Positions 10,197 to 19,240 of a DNA stretch of 64,000 nt are shown here, piece by piece. The first letter of the stretch is position 1; every line of letters starts with the position of its first letter. Under the pieces are notes generated by a model. It worked only from the letters and a program-made list of their open reading frames with translations. It did not search any database and was not told the DNA's origin. A program made the position numbers and the translations under genes. This DNA comes from Dehalococcoidia bacterium (GTDB lineage Bacteria; Chloroflexota; Dehalococcoidia; SM23-28-2; RBG-16-64-32), in the NCBI GenBank assembly GCA_030649945.1, contig JAUSFE010000040.1:26266-90265 (forward strand). Direction: 5' to 3'.

Positions 10197-10201
10197 GCTT
10201 G

Positions 10202-10508
10202 CCGTCTCCAACATACCTCGGCTGTCTCCCGCGGTACGTTGAGCGCGGCGCCATCCCGTCTGTCATCCCGAGCGCGACGACGTCTGCCACGTGGCTCTCC
10301 GCAGCTTCGCGAGGGATCTGGGGTGGGGCAGACCTGCGAGTGTAGGGGCGCAGCACACGCGGCAGCGGCCGGATATCACGCCTTCATCAGGTCAAGACGG
10401 TGCGGCTCAGACGGCGGGACTGGCGCGTGCTGCGCCCTACGATGGCGCGCCCGAACCCCTCGTGTATGGTCTCTCGCCTCCAGGGAGCGCCATGGTAAGC
10501 CTGTTCTT
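10202..10508. mobile_element. MITE-like repeat, copy 1, with a nested GTAG REP doublet (10342-10440), flanked by a 29-bp direct repeat
   Basis: Colinear with 27789-28023; CTTCCGCCGCGCCAGCTAGGCTTGCCGTC at 10178-10206 and 10506-10534. Confidence 0.7.
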
Positions 10509-10618
10509 CCGCCGCGCCAGCTAGGCTTGCCGTCGCGTCGCGGGCGCCTTTTCCCCATTTCTCCTTGCGCATTGCTATACTGGGGCTGGAACCCGGTCAG
10601 CAGTGAAGGAGGCCCCGC

Positions 10619-11632
10619 ATGTCTGTGAAGATTGGGATCAACGGGTTCGGACGCATCGGCCGCCAGGTCTTCAAGGCCATCCACGATTTCCACCCGGACG
10701 CGCTCGAGGTCCTGGCCGTCAACGACCTCACAGACCCGCGCACCAACGCCCACCTCCTGAAGTACGACAGCATCTACGGCCATTTCCCCGGCGACATCTC
10801 CGCCACGGACGACTCCATACGCGTGAACGGCAGCACCATCAAGGTGCTGGCCCAGCGCGACCCGGCGGCGATTCCCTGGAAGGACCTGGGCGTAGAGATA
10901 GTGGTGGAGTCCACCGGCATTTTCACAGACGCCAGGGCCCGCGCCCACGTTGAGGGCGGCGGCGCGAAGAAGGTGATCATCAGCGCCCCCGCCAAGGACG
11001 AGGACCTCACGGTTGTCCTGGGCGTCAACGAGGACAAGTATGACCCGGCGAAGCACAGCGTCATTTCCAACGCCTCCTGCACCACCAACTGCATCGCGCC
11101 GGTGGTCAAGGTCATGCACGAGGCGTTCGGTGTGGACAAGGGGTTTATGACCACCATCCACGCCTACACCAATGACCAGGTGATCCTGGACACCGTGCAC
11201 AAGGACCTGCGGCGGGCGCGGGCTGCCGGCGTCAACATCATCCCCACCAGCACCGGCGCCGCCAGGGCCGTGACGCTGGTGATGCCGGAGCTGAAGGGGC
11301 GCCTGGACGGCATGGCCTTCCGCGTACCCACCGCCACCGTTTCCGTCTGCGACTTCGTGGCGATGGTCGAGCGGCCGGCGACCGTGGAGGCCGTCAACGA
11401 GGCCTTCCGCGACGCCGCCTCCGAGTCGCTGCGCGGCATCCTGGGCTACTGCGACGAGCCGCTCGTCTCCTCCGACTTCAGAGGCGACCCGCGCAGCTCC
11501 ATCTTCGACGCGCTGAGCACGCTGGTGATCGAAGGCAAGCTGGTGAAGGCGGTCTCCTGGTACGACAATGAGTGGGGATACGCCTGCCGCGTGGGCGATC
11601 TCTGCGCCTTCATAGCGAAGAAGGGGCTGTAG
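10619..11632 (+). CDS. gap: Type I glyceraldehyde-3-phosphate dehydrogenase
   Basis: [27 protein letters not shown]. Confidence 0.98.
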   Translation: MSVKIGINGFGRIGRQVFKAIHDFHPDALEVLAVNDLTDPRTNAHLLKYDSIYGHFPGDISATDDSIRVNGSTIKVLAQRDPAAIPWKDLGVEIVVESTGIFTDARARAHVEGGGAKKVIISAPAKDEDLTVVLGVNEDKYDPAKHSVISNASCTTNCIAPVVKVMHEAFGVDKGFMTTIHAYTNDQVILDTVHKDLRRARAAGVNIIPTSTGAARAVTLVMPELKGRLDGMAFRVPTATVSVCDFVAMVERPATVEAVNEAFRDAASESLRGILGYCDEPLVSSDFRGDPRSSIFDALSTLVIEGKLVKAVSWYDNEWGYACRVGDLCAFIAKKGL

Positions 11633-11644
11633 GGGCGCGTCACG

Positions 11645-12661
11645 ATGCGCCCCTACCTGCACACACCGCGGTCTCCCCGCTCCCCGCTCTTGCTGGTCGT
11701 CGCGGCGCTCGCGGCCGCTGTAGCCGTGGCTGCCTGCGGCGGCGGCGAGGAGGACACGAACGGCCCCAGCGCGGCCGCCGTCTGCGCCTCGCCGAAAATC
11801 GTGCACTCCCCCGTGGACAGCCGTTACCTGCCCATTGTCATCTCGTCTGACCTGGCTGTGGGCGAGAACCGCTTCAGCCTGGGCCTCATTGACCAGGAAG
11901 ACAACACCCCCGTCACCGGCGCCCAGCTCCACCTCCGCTTCGCGCTCCGCTGCGGCGACGAAGCCCGCCCGAAGGCGGAGGCAGACCCCAGCGCTGTGAC
12001 GGTGACCCGCACGTACGCCCACACGCACACCGACGGCACCGGAGAAACGCACGAGGCCGGCGAGGTGGGGGCCTACATCGCGAACGTAAGCTTCGACGCA
12101 CCCGGGACCTGGCAGGTGGAGGTCACGGGCAAGGCCGGCGGACAGGAGATTGAGCCCGTCACACCCACCTTCAGCGTCAACGAGAAGTCCTTCAGCCTGA
12201 GCGCCGGCGATCCCGCCCCCCGCAGCGTGCAGCCGATCCTCAAGGACGTCGCCGACATCCGCACGATCGACACCTCTGACCCGCCGATACCCGAGATGCA
12301 CCAGATGACGGTGGCAGACGCCGTGACGTCGGGCCGCCCCACCGTCATCGTCTTCGCCACACCCGCCTTCTGCGAGAGCCAGATCTGCGGTCCCACCAAG
12401 AGCATCGTGGACGACCTCTTCCGCCAGTACGGCTCCCAGGCCAACTTCGTGCACATCGAGCCGTACGACGTGGAGCGCATCCGTAACGCCCAATGCGACT
12501 CGCTCTTCGAGTGCCGCTCGCCGCTGCTGGACGAATGGAAGCTGGAGTCGGAGCCGTGGGTCTTCCTCATCGATAAGGACGGCAAGATCGCCGGCAAATA
12601 CGAGGGTATCGTCAGCCTGGAAGAGCTGGAGGCCGCGCTGCAGCAGTTGCTGGTGGGCTAG
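11645..12661 (+). CDS. Lipoprotein with C-terminal thioredoxin-like fold
   Basis: AACGGG lipobox; FATPAFCESQICGP; EPWVFLIDKDGKI. Confidence 0.75.
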   Translation: MRPYLHTPRSPRSPLLLVVAALAAAVAVAACGGGEEDTNGPSAAAVCASPKIVHSPVDSRYLPIVISSDLAVGENRFSLGLIDQEDNTPVTGAQLHLRFALRCGDEARPKAEADPSAVTVTRTYAHTHTDGTGETHEAGEVGAYIANVSFDAPGTWQVEVTGKAGGQEIEPVTPTFSVNEKSFSLSAGDPAPRSVQPILKDVADIRTIDTSDPPIPEMHQMTVADAVTSGRPTVIVFATPAFCESQICGPTKSIVDDLFRQYGSQANFVHIEPYDVERIRNAQCDSLFECRSPLLDEWKLESEPWVFLIDKDGKIAGKYEGIVSLEELEAALQQLLVG

Positions 12662-12720
12662 CGGCCGGCGGCCGGGCTGTCAGAGGCTGATCGCTGATCG
12701 CTGACGGCTGGGCGCTTTGG

Positions 12721-12749
12721 TTGCCCTCTGGCGGCGCCCACCGTACAAT
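12721..12749 (+). promoter_or_regulatory. Putative ffh promoter
   Basis: TTGCCC-17 bp-TACAAT, 14 nt before the ATG. Confidence 0.55.
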
Positions 12750-12763
12750 AAGCTTTTGTAGAT

Positions 12764-14092
12764 ATGCTCGACTCCCTCTCCGATAAACTCCAAGGGGTCT
12801 TCCGGCGGCTGGGCGGCCGCGGCACGATTACCGAGAAGGACCTCGAAGAAGCGCTGCGCGAGGTCCGCCTCGCCCTCCTCGAGGCCGACGTCCACTATCG
12901 CGTCGTCAAGGATTTCGTGCAGGGCGTCCGCGAGCGGGCGCTTGGGTCCGACGTGACCAGGAGCCTCACGCCCATGCAGCAGATCATCGACATCGTCAAC
13001 CAGCAGCTCGTGGAGGTGCTGGGCGGCGGCGCCAGCCGGCTGCAGAAGGCTGCCCGCCCGCCCACGGTGATCATGCTCGTGGGCCTCAAGGGCTCCGGCA
13101 AGACCACCACCGCGGCCAAGCTGGCGCTGCACCTGCGGCGCGAGGGCCTGACGCCGCTGATGGTGGCCGCCGACCCGGAGCGCGTGGCCGCCGCCGAGCA
13201 GCTGCAGGCGCTGGGCAAGCAGCTGAACCTGCCCGTTGTGGCAGACGGCGGCAAGGCGCGGCCGGAGCAGATCTGCAAGAAGGGGCTGGAGGAGGCGCGC
13301 CGCACCAACGCCTCCAGCGTCATCGTCGATACCGTCGGCTACGTGCAACTGGACGAGGGCGAATTGAAGGAGCTGAAATCGCTCCACAAGTCGCTCTCGC
13401 CGACCGAGGTCCTGCTCGTGGCGGACGCCATGACCGGCCAGGAGGCCGTCCACGCCGCCGAGCAGTTCAACGCCGCCGTCCCCCTTACCGGTCTCATCCT
13501 CACGAAGCTGGACGGCGATGCCCGCGGCGGCGCGGCCCTCTCCATTCGCGCCGTCACCGGCGTGCCCATCAAGTTTATGGGCACCGGCGAGAAGGCAGAC
13601 GCCCTGGAGGAGTTCTACCCGGACCGCTTCGCCTCCCGCATCCTGGGTATGGGCGACTTGCTCACGCTCATCGACAAGGCGAAGTCGCAACTCACCGACA
13701 CCGAGGCCGAATCGCTGACGCAGCGCATGAAGAAGGGCGACCTGACGCTGGATGACTTCCTGGAGCAGTACCAGCGCATCAAGCGCATGGGCCCGCTGAG
13801 CCAGCTTGTGGGCCTGCTGCCGGGCCTGGGCCAGATCAAGAAGCAGCTCAACGTGGCAGACATGGACGACAGCTTCTTCAAACACGTGGAGGCCATCATC
13901 TACTCCATGACGAAGGAGGAGCGCCGCCGGCCCGACGTCATAGACGGCAGCCGGCGGCGGCGCATCGCCGCGGGCAGCGGCACGCAACCGGCTGACATCA
14001 ACCGGGTCCTGAAGCAGTACAAGGAAGCGAAGAGAATCATCCAGATGATCAGCACCGGCCGCGGCACCGATATCTCGCCGTTCCTCCGGTAA
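12764..14092 (+). CDS. ffh: Signal recognition particle protein
   Basis: ALLEADV, GLKGSGKTT, TKLDGDARGG, M domain SRRRRIAAGSG. Confidence 0.97.
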   Translation: MLDSLSDKLQGVFRRLGGRGTITEKDLEEALREVRLALLEADVHYRVVKDFVQGVRERALGSDVTRSLTPMQQIIDIVNQQLVEVLGGGASRLQKAARPPTVIMLVGLKGSGKTTTAAKLALHLRREGLTPLMVAADPERVAAAEQLQALGKQLNLPVVADGGKARPEQICKKGLEEARRTNASSVIVDTVGYVQLDEGELKELKSLHKSLSPTEVLLVADAMTGQEAVHAAEQFNAAVPLTGLILTKLDGDARGGAALSIRAVTGVPIKFMGTGEKADALEEFYPDRFASRILGMGDLLTLIDKAKSQLTDTEAESLTQRMKKGDLTLDDFLEQYQRIKRMGPLSQLVGLLPGLGQIKKQLNVADMDDSFFKHVEAIIYSMTKEERRRPDVIDGSRRRRIAAGSGTQPADINRVLKQYKEAKRIIQMISTGRGTDISPFLR

Positions 14093-14128
14093 GCCGATGA
14101 TCCCCTTAATCCACTTCGGAGGTGCTAA

Positions 14129-14638
14129 TTGCTACGAATCCGCCTGACCAGGGTAGGCAAGAGGAAACAGCCTTCCTACCGCATCGTCGTCGCTGACTCG
14201 CACGCCCCTCGCGACGGCGCGTTCCTGAAGATAATCGGCCACTACAACCCGCTCACGGACCCGGCCACGCTGGTAGTGAAGGAAGAGGAGGCCGTGGCCT
14301 GGCTTAAGCAAGGAGCGCAGCCCTCGGAGACTGCCGCGAAGCTCCTGACGCGGGCCGGCGTGATGGAGAAGGCCGGCAGAGCGCCGGTAAAGTACCAGGG
14401 CAAGGACTTCCCGCCCGGCAAGATGGCGAAGAAGGGCGAACCGGCGCCAGCGCCGGCCCCCGCGGCCACGGCCCCCGCGGCGGTCCCGGTAGCCGAGGCG
14501 CCGGCAGCCGAGGCCCCAGCAGCCGAGGTCCACGTAGACGAGACGCCAGCGGAGGCCGCCGTAGCCGAACCGCCGGCCGCCGAGCCCGCGCCTGAAGCAG
14601 AACCACCCCCGCCGGGCGGCGGGGAACCCACGGAGTAA
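14129..14638 (+). CDS. rpsP: 30S ribosomal protein S16 with Pro/Ala/Glu-rich tail
   Basis: MLRIRLTRVGKRKQPSYRIVVADS..RDG..IGHYNP, GAQPS. Confidence 0.97.
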   Translation: MLRIRLTRVGKRKQPSYRIVVADSHAPRDGAFLKIIGHYNPLTDPATLVVKEEEAVAWLKQGAQPSETAAKLLTRAGVMEKAGRAPVKYQGKDFPPGKMAKKGEPAPAPAPAATAPAAVPVAEAPAAEAPAAEVHVDETPAEAAVAEPPAAEPAPEAEPPPPGGGEPTE

Positions 14639-14643
14639 CCCCC

Positions 14644-14901
14644 ATGAAAGAGCTTATCGAATTCATGGCCCGCGCCATCGTGGACAACCCTGACGACGTC
14701 GAGGTCTCCGAGGAGGACGCCGGGGACCACATCGTCTTCCACCTCAAGGTCGCGGAAGAGGATATGGGAAGAGTCATCGGCAAGCAGGGCCGTATCGCCA
14801 ACGCCATGCGCACGCTGCTCAAGGTAGCGGCCATCCGCAGGGGCGCCCGCGCCATCCTGGAGATCGGCGAACCCGCCGCCGGCAGGCAAGACCCGCCCTA
14901 G
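14644..14901 (+). CDS. khpA: KH-domain RNA-binding protein
   Basis: DMGRVIGKQGRIANAMR; position between rpsP and rimM. Confidence 0.9.
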   Translation: MKELIEFMARAIVDNPDDVEVSEEDAGDHIVFHLKVAEEDMGRVIGKQGRIANAMRTLLKVAAIRRGARAILEIGEPAAGRQDPP

Positions 14902-14929
14902 CGGGAGCCGCAGAGGTCAGGGCGGGCGT

Positions 14930-15481
14930 GTGAGACAATCCGCCAACGGGAAGGGGGAGCAGCCGTTGCGGCCGTACTCGGACGAGGTCCGCCCCGGTTT
15001 CGTCGCCATCGGCCGTATCCTCACCACCCGCGGCGTCCACGGCGACCTGAAGGTGGAGCCTCTGGCGCCGGACGAGGCGTTCGTGGCGGGAAGCAGCGTG
15101 GCCATACGGGGCGGCAGCTTCCAGATCGCGAGCTCTAGCCGCCGCGCGCGGTTTCTTTACGTCAAGCTGGAGGGCGTCGATACCCCCCGCGACGCCGGCG
15201 ACCTGCGCGGCGCCTACCTCCAGGTGCCCGAAAGCGATCTCGCTCCGCTTGCGCAGGACAGTTACTACCGCTTTCAGCTCATCGGCCTCGCCGTCCGCAC
15301 GACCGAGGGCCGCGACCTGGGCCGCATCCAGGAGGTGCTCTCCACGGCCGCGAACGACGTCTTCGTCGTCACGGGGGCGGCGGGCGAGGTCCTGCTCCCC
15401 GCCACGGACGACGTCATCCAGCGCATAGACCTGGAAGCGGGAGTCGTCACCATTGAGGTGATCCCGGGGCTGCTCCCGTGA
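14930..15481 (+). CDS. rimM: 16S rRNA processing protein RimM
   Basis: IGRILTTRGVHG, YYRFQLIGL, ANDVFVV, VLLPA. Confidence 0.92.
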   Translation: MRQSANGKGEQPLRPYSDEVRPGFVAIGRILTTRGVHGDLKVEPLAPDEAFVAGSSVAIRGGSFQIASSSRRARFLYVKLEGVDTPRDAGDLRGAYLQVPESDLAPLAQDSYYRFQLIGLAVRTTEGRDLGRIQEVLSTAANDVFVVTGAAGEVLLPATDDVIQRIDLEAGVVTIEVIPGLLP

Positions 15482-15552
15482 GTGCCGAGGCCTCCTGCTT
15501 CCCGCCCGCTGCTTCCCGATTCCGCCCGGCTGTTCTATAATCGGAGCCAGGT

Positions 15553-15628
<76 letters not shown>

Positions 15629-15655
15629 GTTTCTTTCCCCCCTTTGGCGCCCGGA

Positions 15656-15732
15656 GCCCCGGTAGCTCAGTAGGATAGAGCAGCGGTTTCCTAAACCGCA
15701 GGTCACAGGTTCGAGTCCTGTCCGGGGCGCCA
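15656..15732 (+). tRNA. tRNA-Arg(CCT)
   Basis: GCCCCGG acceptor, GCGGT-TTCCTAA-ACCGC, GTTCGA, CCA end. Confidence 0.95.
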
Positions 15733-15793
15733 CATTTGTAACGCGCCCGCCGGACTCCGTAGTTCCCACGGGCTTGCAGGTGCCGCCAGGCCG

Positions 15794-16031
15794 AAGGAGC
15801 GGAACCACGCCGTAGGGGCGCCGCTCGGGGACGGGGGTAGGGCGGGGGGTGCCGCGCCCTCAGCGCCACCCGTCGCACGAACATCCGCGTCGGGCTAGCC
15901 ACGGGCCGCCGTAGGGGCGAATGGCATTCGCCCGCGCCCCGCTCGGGGACGGGGGGCAGGGCGGGGGGGGTGCCGCGCCCTCAGCGCCACACGTCGCACG
16001 AACATCCGCGCCGGGCTAGCCACGGGCCGCC
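15794..16031 (+). repeat. GTAG-REP-containing repeat, two tandem ~110-120 bp units (copy A)
   Basis: CGCCGTAGGGGCG...GGTGCCGCGCCCTCAGCGCCAC.CGTCGCACGAAC twice; near-identical to 20940-21163. Confidence 0.85.
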
Positions 16032-16861
16032 TACAGCCCGGCCAGCCCCTTCACCAGCAGCCGCAGGCCCAGCACGGCGATGGCCACGGCCAGCAACAGC
16101 AGCACGTTCCGTCCCTTGATGCGGTGCGCCAGCAGCGCGCCGGCCTGCGCGCCCGGTATCGCGCCCGCGGCCAGCGCCAGCGCCCTCACGATCTGCTCGC
16201 CGGCCAGGCTGCCATCGGCCAGGTGCACCACGGAGCCGCCGCCGGCCATGAACGCCAGCACGAAGTGGGAAGTGGCCACAGCGAACGAGACGGGAATATG
16301 CAGCAGGATGATCATCGCCGGCACGTGGATCACACCGCCGCCGATGCCGAAGAGGCTGGAGATGAAGCCGACGCCGGCGCTGAGCGCTACCCCCTGCCGG
16401 ATATCATAGGCGTAACGGTATGTCCTGCCTTCCGGGTCCACCACCGTGCGCACCAGCACGCCCGGTCCCGCCCTGGGCCGGCGGATCGCGCGGGAGCCCC
16501 CGGCGCGCACGGAGACGAAGGCCAGCGCCAGGAGCATGGCCCCGAAGAGAGTGGTGAAGGCCCGCTCCGGCACAAAGTGGACGACGACGGCCCCGGCAAG
16601 CACTCCCGGCGCCGAGGAGACGGCGAACAGCAGGCCCGTCACGTAGTCTATGCGCCGCCGGCGGGCGTAAGCCACGGAGCCGGACGTGGCGTTGGCGAAG
16701 ACCACCGCCAGCGAGACCGCCGTCAACTCCTCCGGGCCGTACGAGGGGTAGAGCAGCAGGAGCAACGGTACCAGGATGAAGCCGCCGCCCGCCCCGATCA
16801 TGGTGCCGTACGCCCCTACCACCAGGCCCAGGGCGGCCAGGCCCAGCAGCTCAAGGGCCAC
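16031..16861 (-). CDS. Sulfite exporter TauE/SafE family protein
   Basis: Duplicated GAGGGF / GIGGG motifs, multiple TM segments. Confidence 0.9.
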   Translation of the reverse strand: MALELLGLAALGLVVGAYGTMIGAGGGFILVPLLLLLYPSYGPEELTAVSLAVVFANATSGSVAYARRRRIDYVTGLLFAVSSAPGVLAGAVVVHFVPERAFTTLFGAMLLALAFVSVRAGGSRAIRRPRAGPGVLVRTVVDPEGRTYRYAYDIRQGVALSAGVGFISSLFGIGGGVIHVPAMIILLHIPVSFAVATSHFVLAFMAGGGSVVHLADGSLAGEQIVRALALAAGAIPGAQAGALLAHRIKGRNVLLLLAVAIAVLGLRLLVKGLAGL

Positions 16862-17057
16862 GGCCGGCCACCACGGTTCTCAGGTCTCCAACAGGGTTGC
16901 GCACTGGTGACTATTCTATTTCCTCATCCTTAACTCGTCGCCGTTGCGCCCTGTATTGCGCCGCTCCCCTGCTAGCCCATATGCTGGATTCCGCATGCAA
17001 ACAGCGACACCTCCGGCACCGGTCCCGGCCTAGACGGCCCTTTTGGATAGCAACCTC

Positions 17058-17654
17058 ATGGACAAGCCTTCACTCGCCGCCGCCGCCACGCCGCGCCGGG
17101 CGCCCGTATGGGCGCTGCCGCTCCGCCTCCCGCGGACGGCGGTGGAGCTCGCGCGGAGGCAGCTCGAAAAGCATCGCACCTTCGTCAAGTTCTCGGCCGT
17201 CGGCGCCATCGGCTACGTGATCTACCTGGCGTTGCTGTTCGTGATGTACGACCGGGAGGTCTTCCCGTTCCTGCCGGCGAAGGGCGCCGGCGTGGACCTC
17301 CTGCTCTTCACTCACGACGACTCCCTGCTGCTTATCACCACGCTCATCGGCACCCAACTCTCGATCATCGCCGTCTTCGCCGGGCACAACCTGTGGACCT
17401 TCGCGGACCGGCAGTCCGTGCCCCGGCCGCTCTGGCTGCGCTTCCTGCAGTTCCAGGGCCGCGCGCTGGTGTCCACCCTCGGCATCCTCACCGTCGCCGT
17501 CAACGTGCTGACGCTGGCCGCGGGAGTGCACCCTACGCTGGCGGTGCCCGTGGGCCTTGTCACCGCCTTCGTCTGGAACTGGGTCCTGGACAGCCGAGTG
17601 ATCTGGCGGCCGCGCCCAGACGGGCGCCCGTCGGGGCGCGGGGCCGGCGGCTAG
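17058..17654 (+). CDS. GtrA-family flippase-like protein
   Basis: FVKFSAVGAIG, HNLWTF, VWNWVLDSRVIW. Confidence 0.8.
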   Translation: MDKPSLAAAATPRRAPVWALPLRLPRTAVELARRQLEKHRTFVKFSAVGAIGYVIYLALLFVMYDREVFPFLPAKGAGVDLLLFTHDDSLLLITTLIGTQLSIIAVFAGHNLWTFADRQSVPRPLWLRFLQFQGRALVSTLGILTVAVNVLTLAAGVHPTLAVPVGLVTAFVWNWVLDSRVIWRPRPDGRPSGRGAGG

Positions 17655-17661
17655 CGGCGCC

Positions 17662-18303
17662 ATGACAGGCCAGCGCACCCTCAAGGAGATTCACGAAGAC
17701 GTCCCGCCGGACTACTACGACACGTCCCTCAAGACCAACCTGATCCAGCGGGTCTACCACGGCCGCCGGTTCAAGAAGATCTCCGGCATGGTCTCCAAGG
17801 TGAACGGCCCGGTCCTGGACATCGGCTGCGATGGCGGCACGCTGCTGGAGCACATCGCCGCCAGGGCCCAGGCGCCCCGCGTCGTCGGCATCGATCTCTC
17901 GGACGAAGCGGTCGCCTACACCCGCAGCAAGCGCCCGGACTTCGACCTGCTCGTCGGCGACGCCGAACGGCTGCCCTTCCGCGACGGCAGCTTCGAGGCC
18001 ATCTTCGCTTCCGAGGTCCTGGAGCACATCCATCACCCGGAGAAGCTCTTCCTTGAGGTACGGCGCTGCCTCAGTGCGGGAGGCTACGGCCTGGTGGCGG
18101 TGCCCAGCGAGACGCCGCTGTTCAAGTTCCTGTGGTTCCTCTGGACTCGCTTCGGGAAGGGGCGCGTCTGGCACCACGCGCACGTCCAGGACTTCGGGGG
18201 CAAGGCCCTGGACCATCTCATTGCGGAAGCCGGCTTCCGCATCGTCCAGGACAACCGCTTCCTGCTGGGCATGCTGCGCGCCGTTAAGATCGCCCCCTCC
18301 TGA
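17662..18303 (+). CDS. Class I SAM-dependent methyltransferase
   Basis: VLDIGCDGG, GDAERLPF, SEVLEH. Confidence 0.92.
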   Translation: MTGQRTLKEIHEDVPPDYYDTSLKTNLIQRVYHGRRFKKISGMVSKVNGPVLDIGCDGGTLLEHIAARAQAPRVVGIDLSDEAVAYTRSKRPDFDLLVGDAERLPFRDGSFEAIFASEVLEHIHHPEKLFLEVRRCLSAGGYGLVAVPSETPLFKFLWFLWTRFGKGRVWHHAHVQDFGGKALDHLIAEAGFRIVQDNRFLLGMLRAVKIAPS

Positions 18304-18435
18304 CACGCGCCGGCAATTGTCACCCTGACGAAGGAAGGGTCTGTCCGGGAACGAGATTCCCCTGCGCACTCAGCGGGCCGGGACCCGCCCCGCACCTGCC
18401 ACGCCCGACCGGCGGCCTCACGCCCCGCCGCGGGA

Positions 18436-19227
18436 TCAGCCTGACCGGCGCCGGCGGAAGGCGCCGTCAAAGCGCCGGTGCCAGAACAGGATCAGCGTGT
18501 GCGCCAGGAAGTCCTTGCCCTGGGAGAGCGTGGCCTTGCTGACGCCGGCGGCACGCGGTGCGAACCGCAGCGGCACCTCTTTCACGCGCGCCGAATCCGT
18601 GCGGATCAGTATGTCCAGCAGGATCTTGAAGCCGATGGGCCTCAGGACCGTATCCGCCAGCAGGCCCCGCCTGACGAGGAAGAAGCCCGACAGCGGGTCC
18701 GTGACGCCGCGCAGCCGCGACGGGAACAGCGCCTTTACCAGCCACTTGGCGACCCAGGAGATCGCCTTGCGGCTCAGGCCGTTGAGCCCGGCGTCGCTCC
18801 CGCCGCGCACGTTGCGGCTGGCAATCACGATGTCGGCATCGGCGTCCTGCGCCTTCCGGAGCATGGCAATGATCAGGTCCGGCGGGTGCTGCAGGTCCGC
18901 GTCCATGATGCAGACATAGCGGCCGCCGGCCGCGCGGATCCCTTCGACCACGGCGGTGGACAGGCCGCCCCGCCGGCGCACGCCGTCCCGGTGCACGACT
19001 CGCACCTGCAGCCCGCTCTCCGCGCCCTCGCGTTCGATGATCTGCGGCGTGTCGTCGTCGCTGTCGTCCACGAAGATGACGTCGGCGGGCACGTCCGCCA
19101 GGACATCCGCCAGGCGGGCGATGAGCAGGGGCGCCGTCGCCGATTCGTTCCTGGTGGGCACGACGAGCGACAGGAGCTGCGCGTCCTCCGGCCCGGCCCC
19201 GTCGCCCTTTTCGCCCTTCCCCCTCAT
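18436..19227 (-). CDS. GT2 polyprenol-phosphate-mannose synthase-like glycosyltransferase
   Basis: VVPTRNE, FVDDSDD, MDADLQHPP, TDPLSGFF. Confidence 0.9.
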   Translation of the reverse strand: MRGKGEKGDGAGPEDAQLLSLVVPTRNESATAPLLIARLADVLADVPADVIFVDDSDDDTPQIIEREGAESGLQVRVVHRDGVRRRGGLSTAVVEGIRAAGGRYVCIMDADLQHPPDLIIAMLRKAQDADADIVIASRNVRGGSDAGLNGLSRKAISWVAKWLVKALFPSRLRGVTDPLSGFFLVRRGLLADTVLRPIGFKILLDILIRTDSARVKEVPLRFAPRAAGVSKATLSQGKDFLAHTLILFWHRRFDGAFRRRRSG

Positions 19228-19240
19228 CGCTCCCGCGTTT

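Noticed and set aside
10376..12493. 705-aa minus-strand ORF, and similar long antisense ORFs such as 12680-13987, 23226-24833 and 50713-52629
   Set aside because: Shadows of well-supported opposite-strand genes in high-GC DNA; no motifs.
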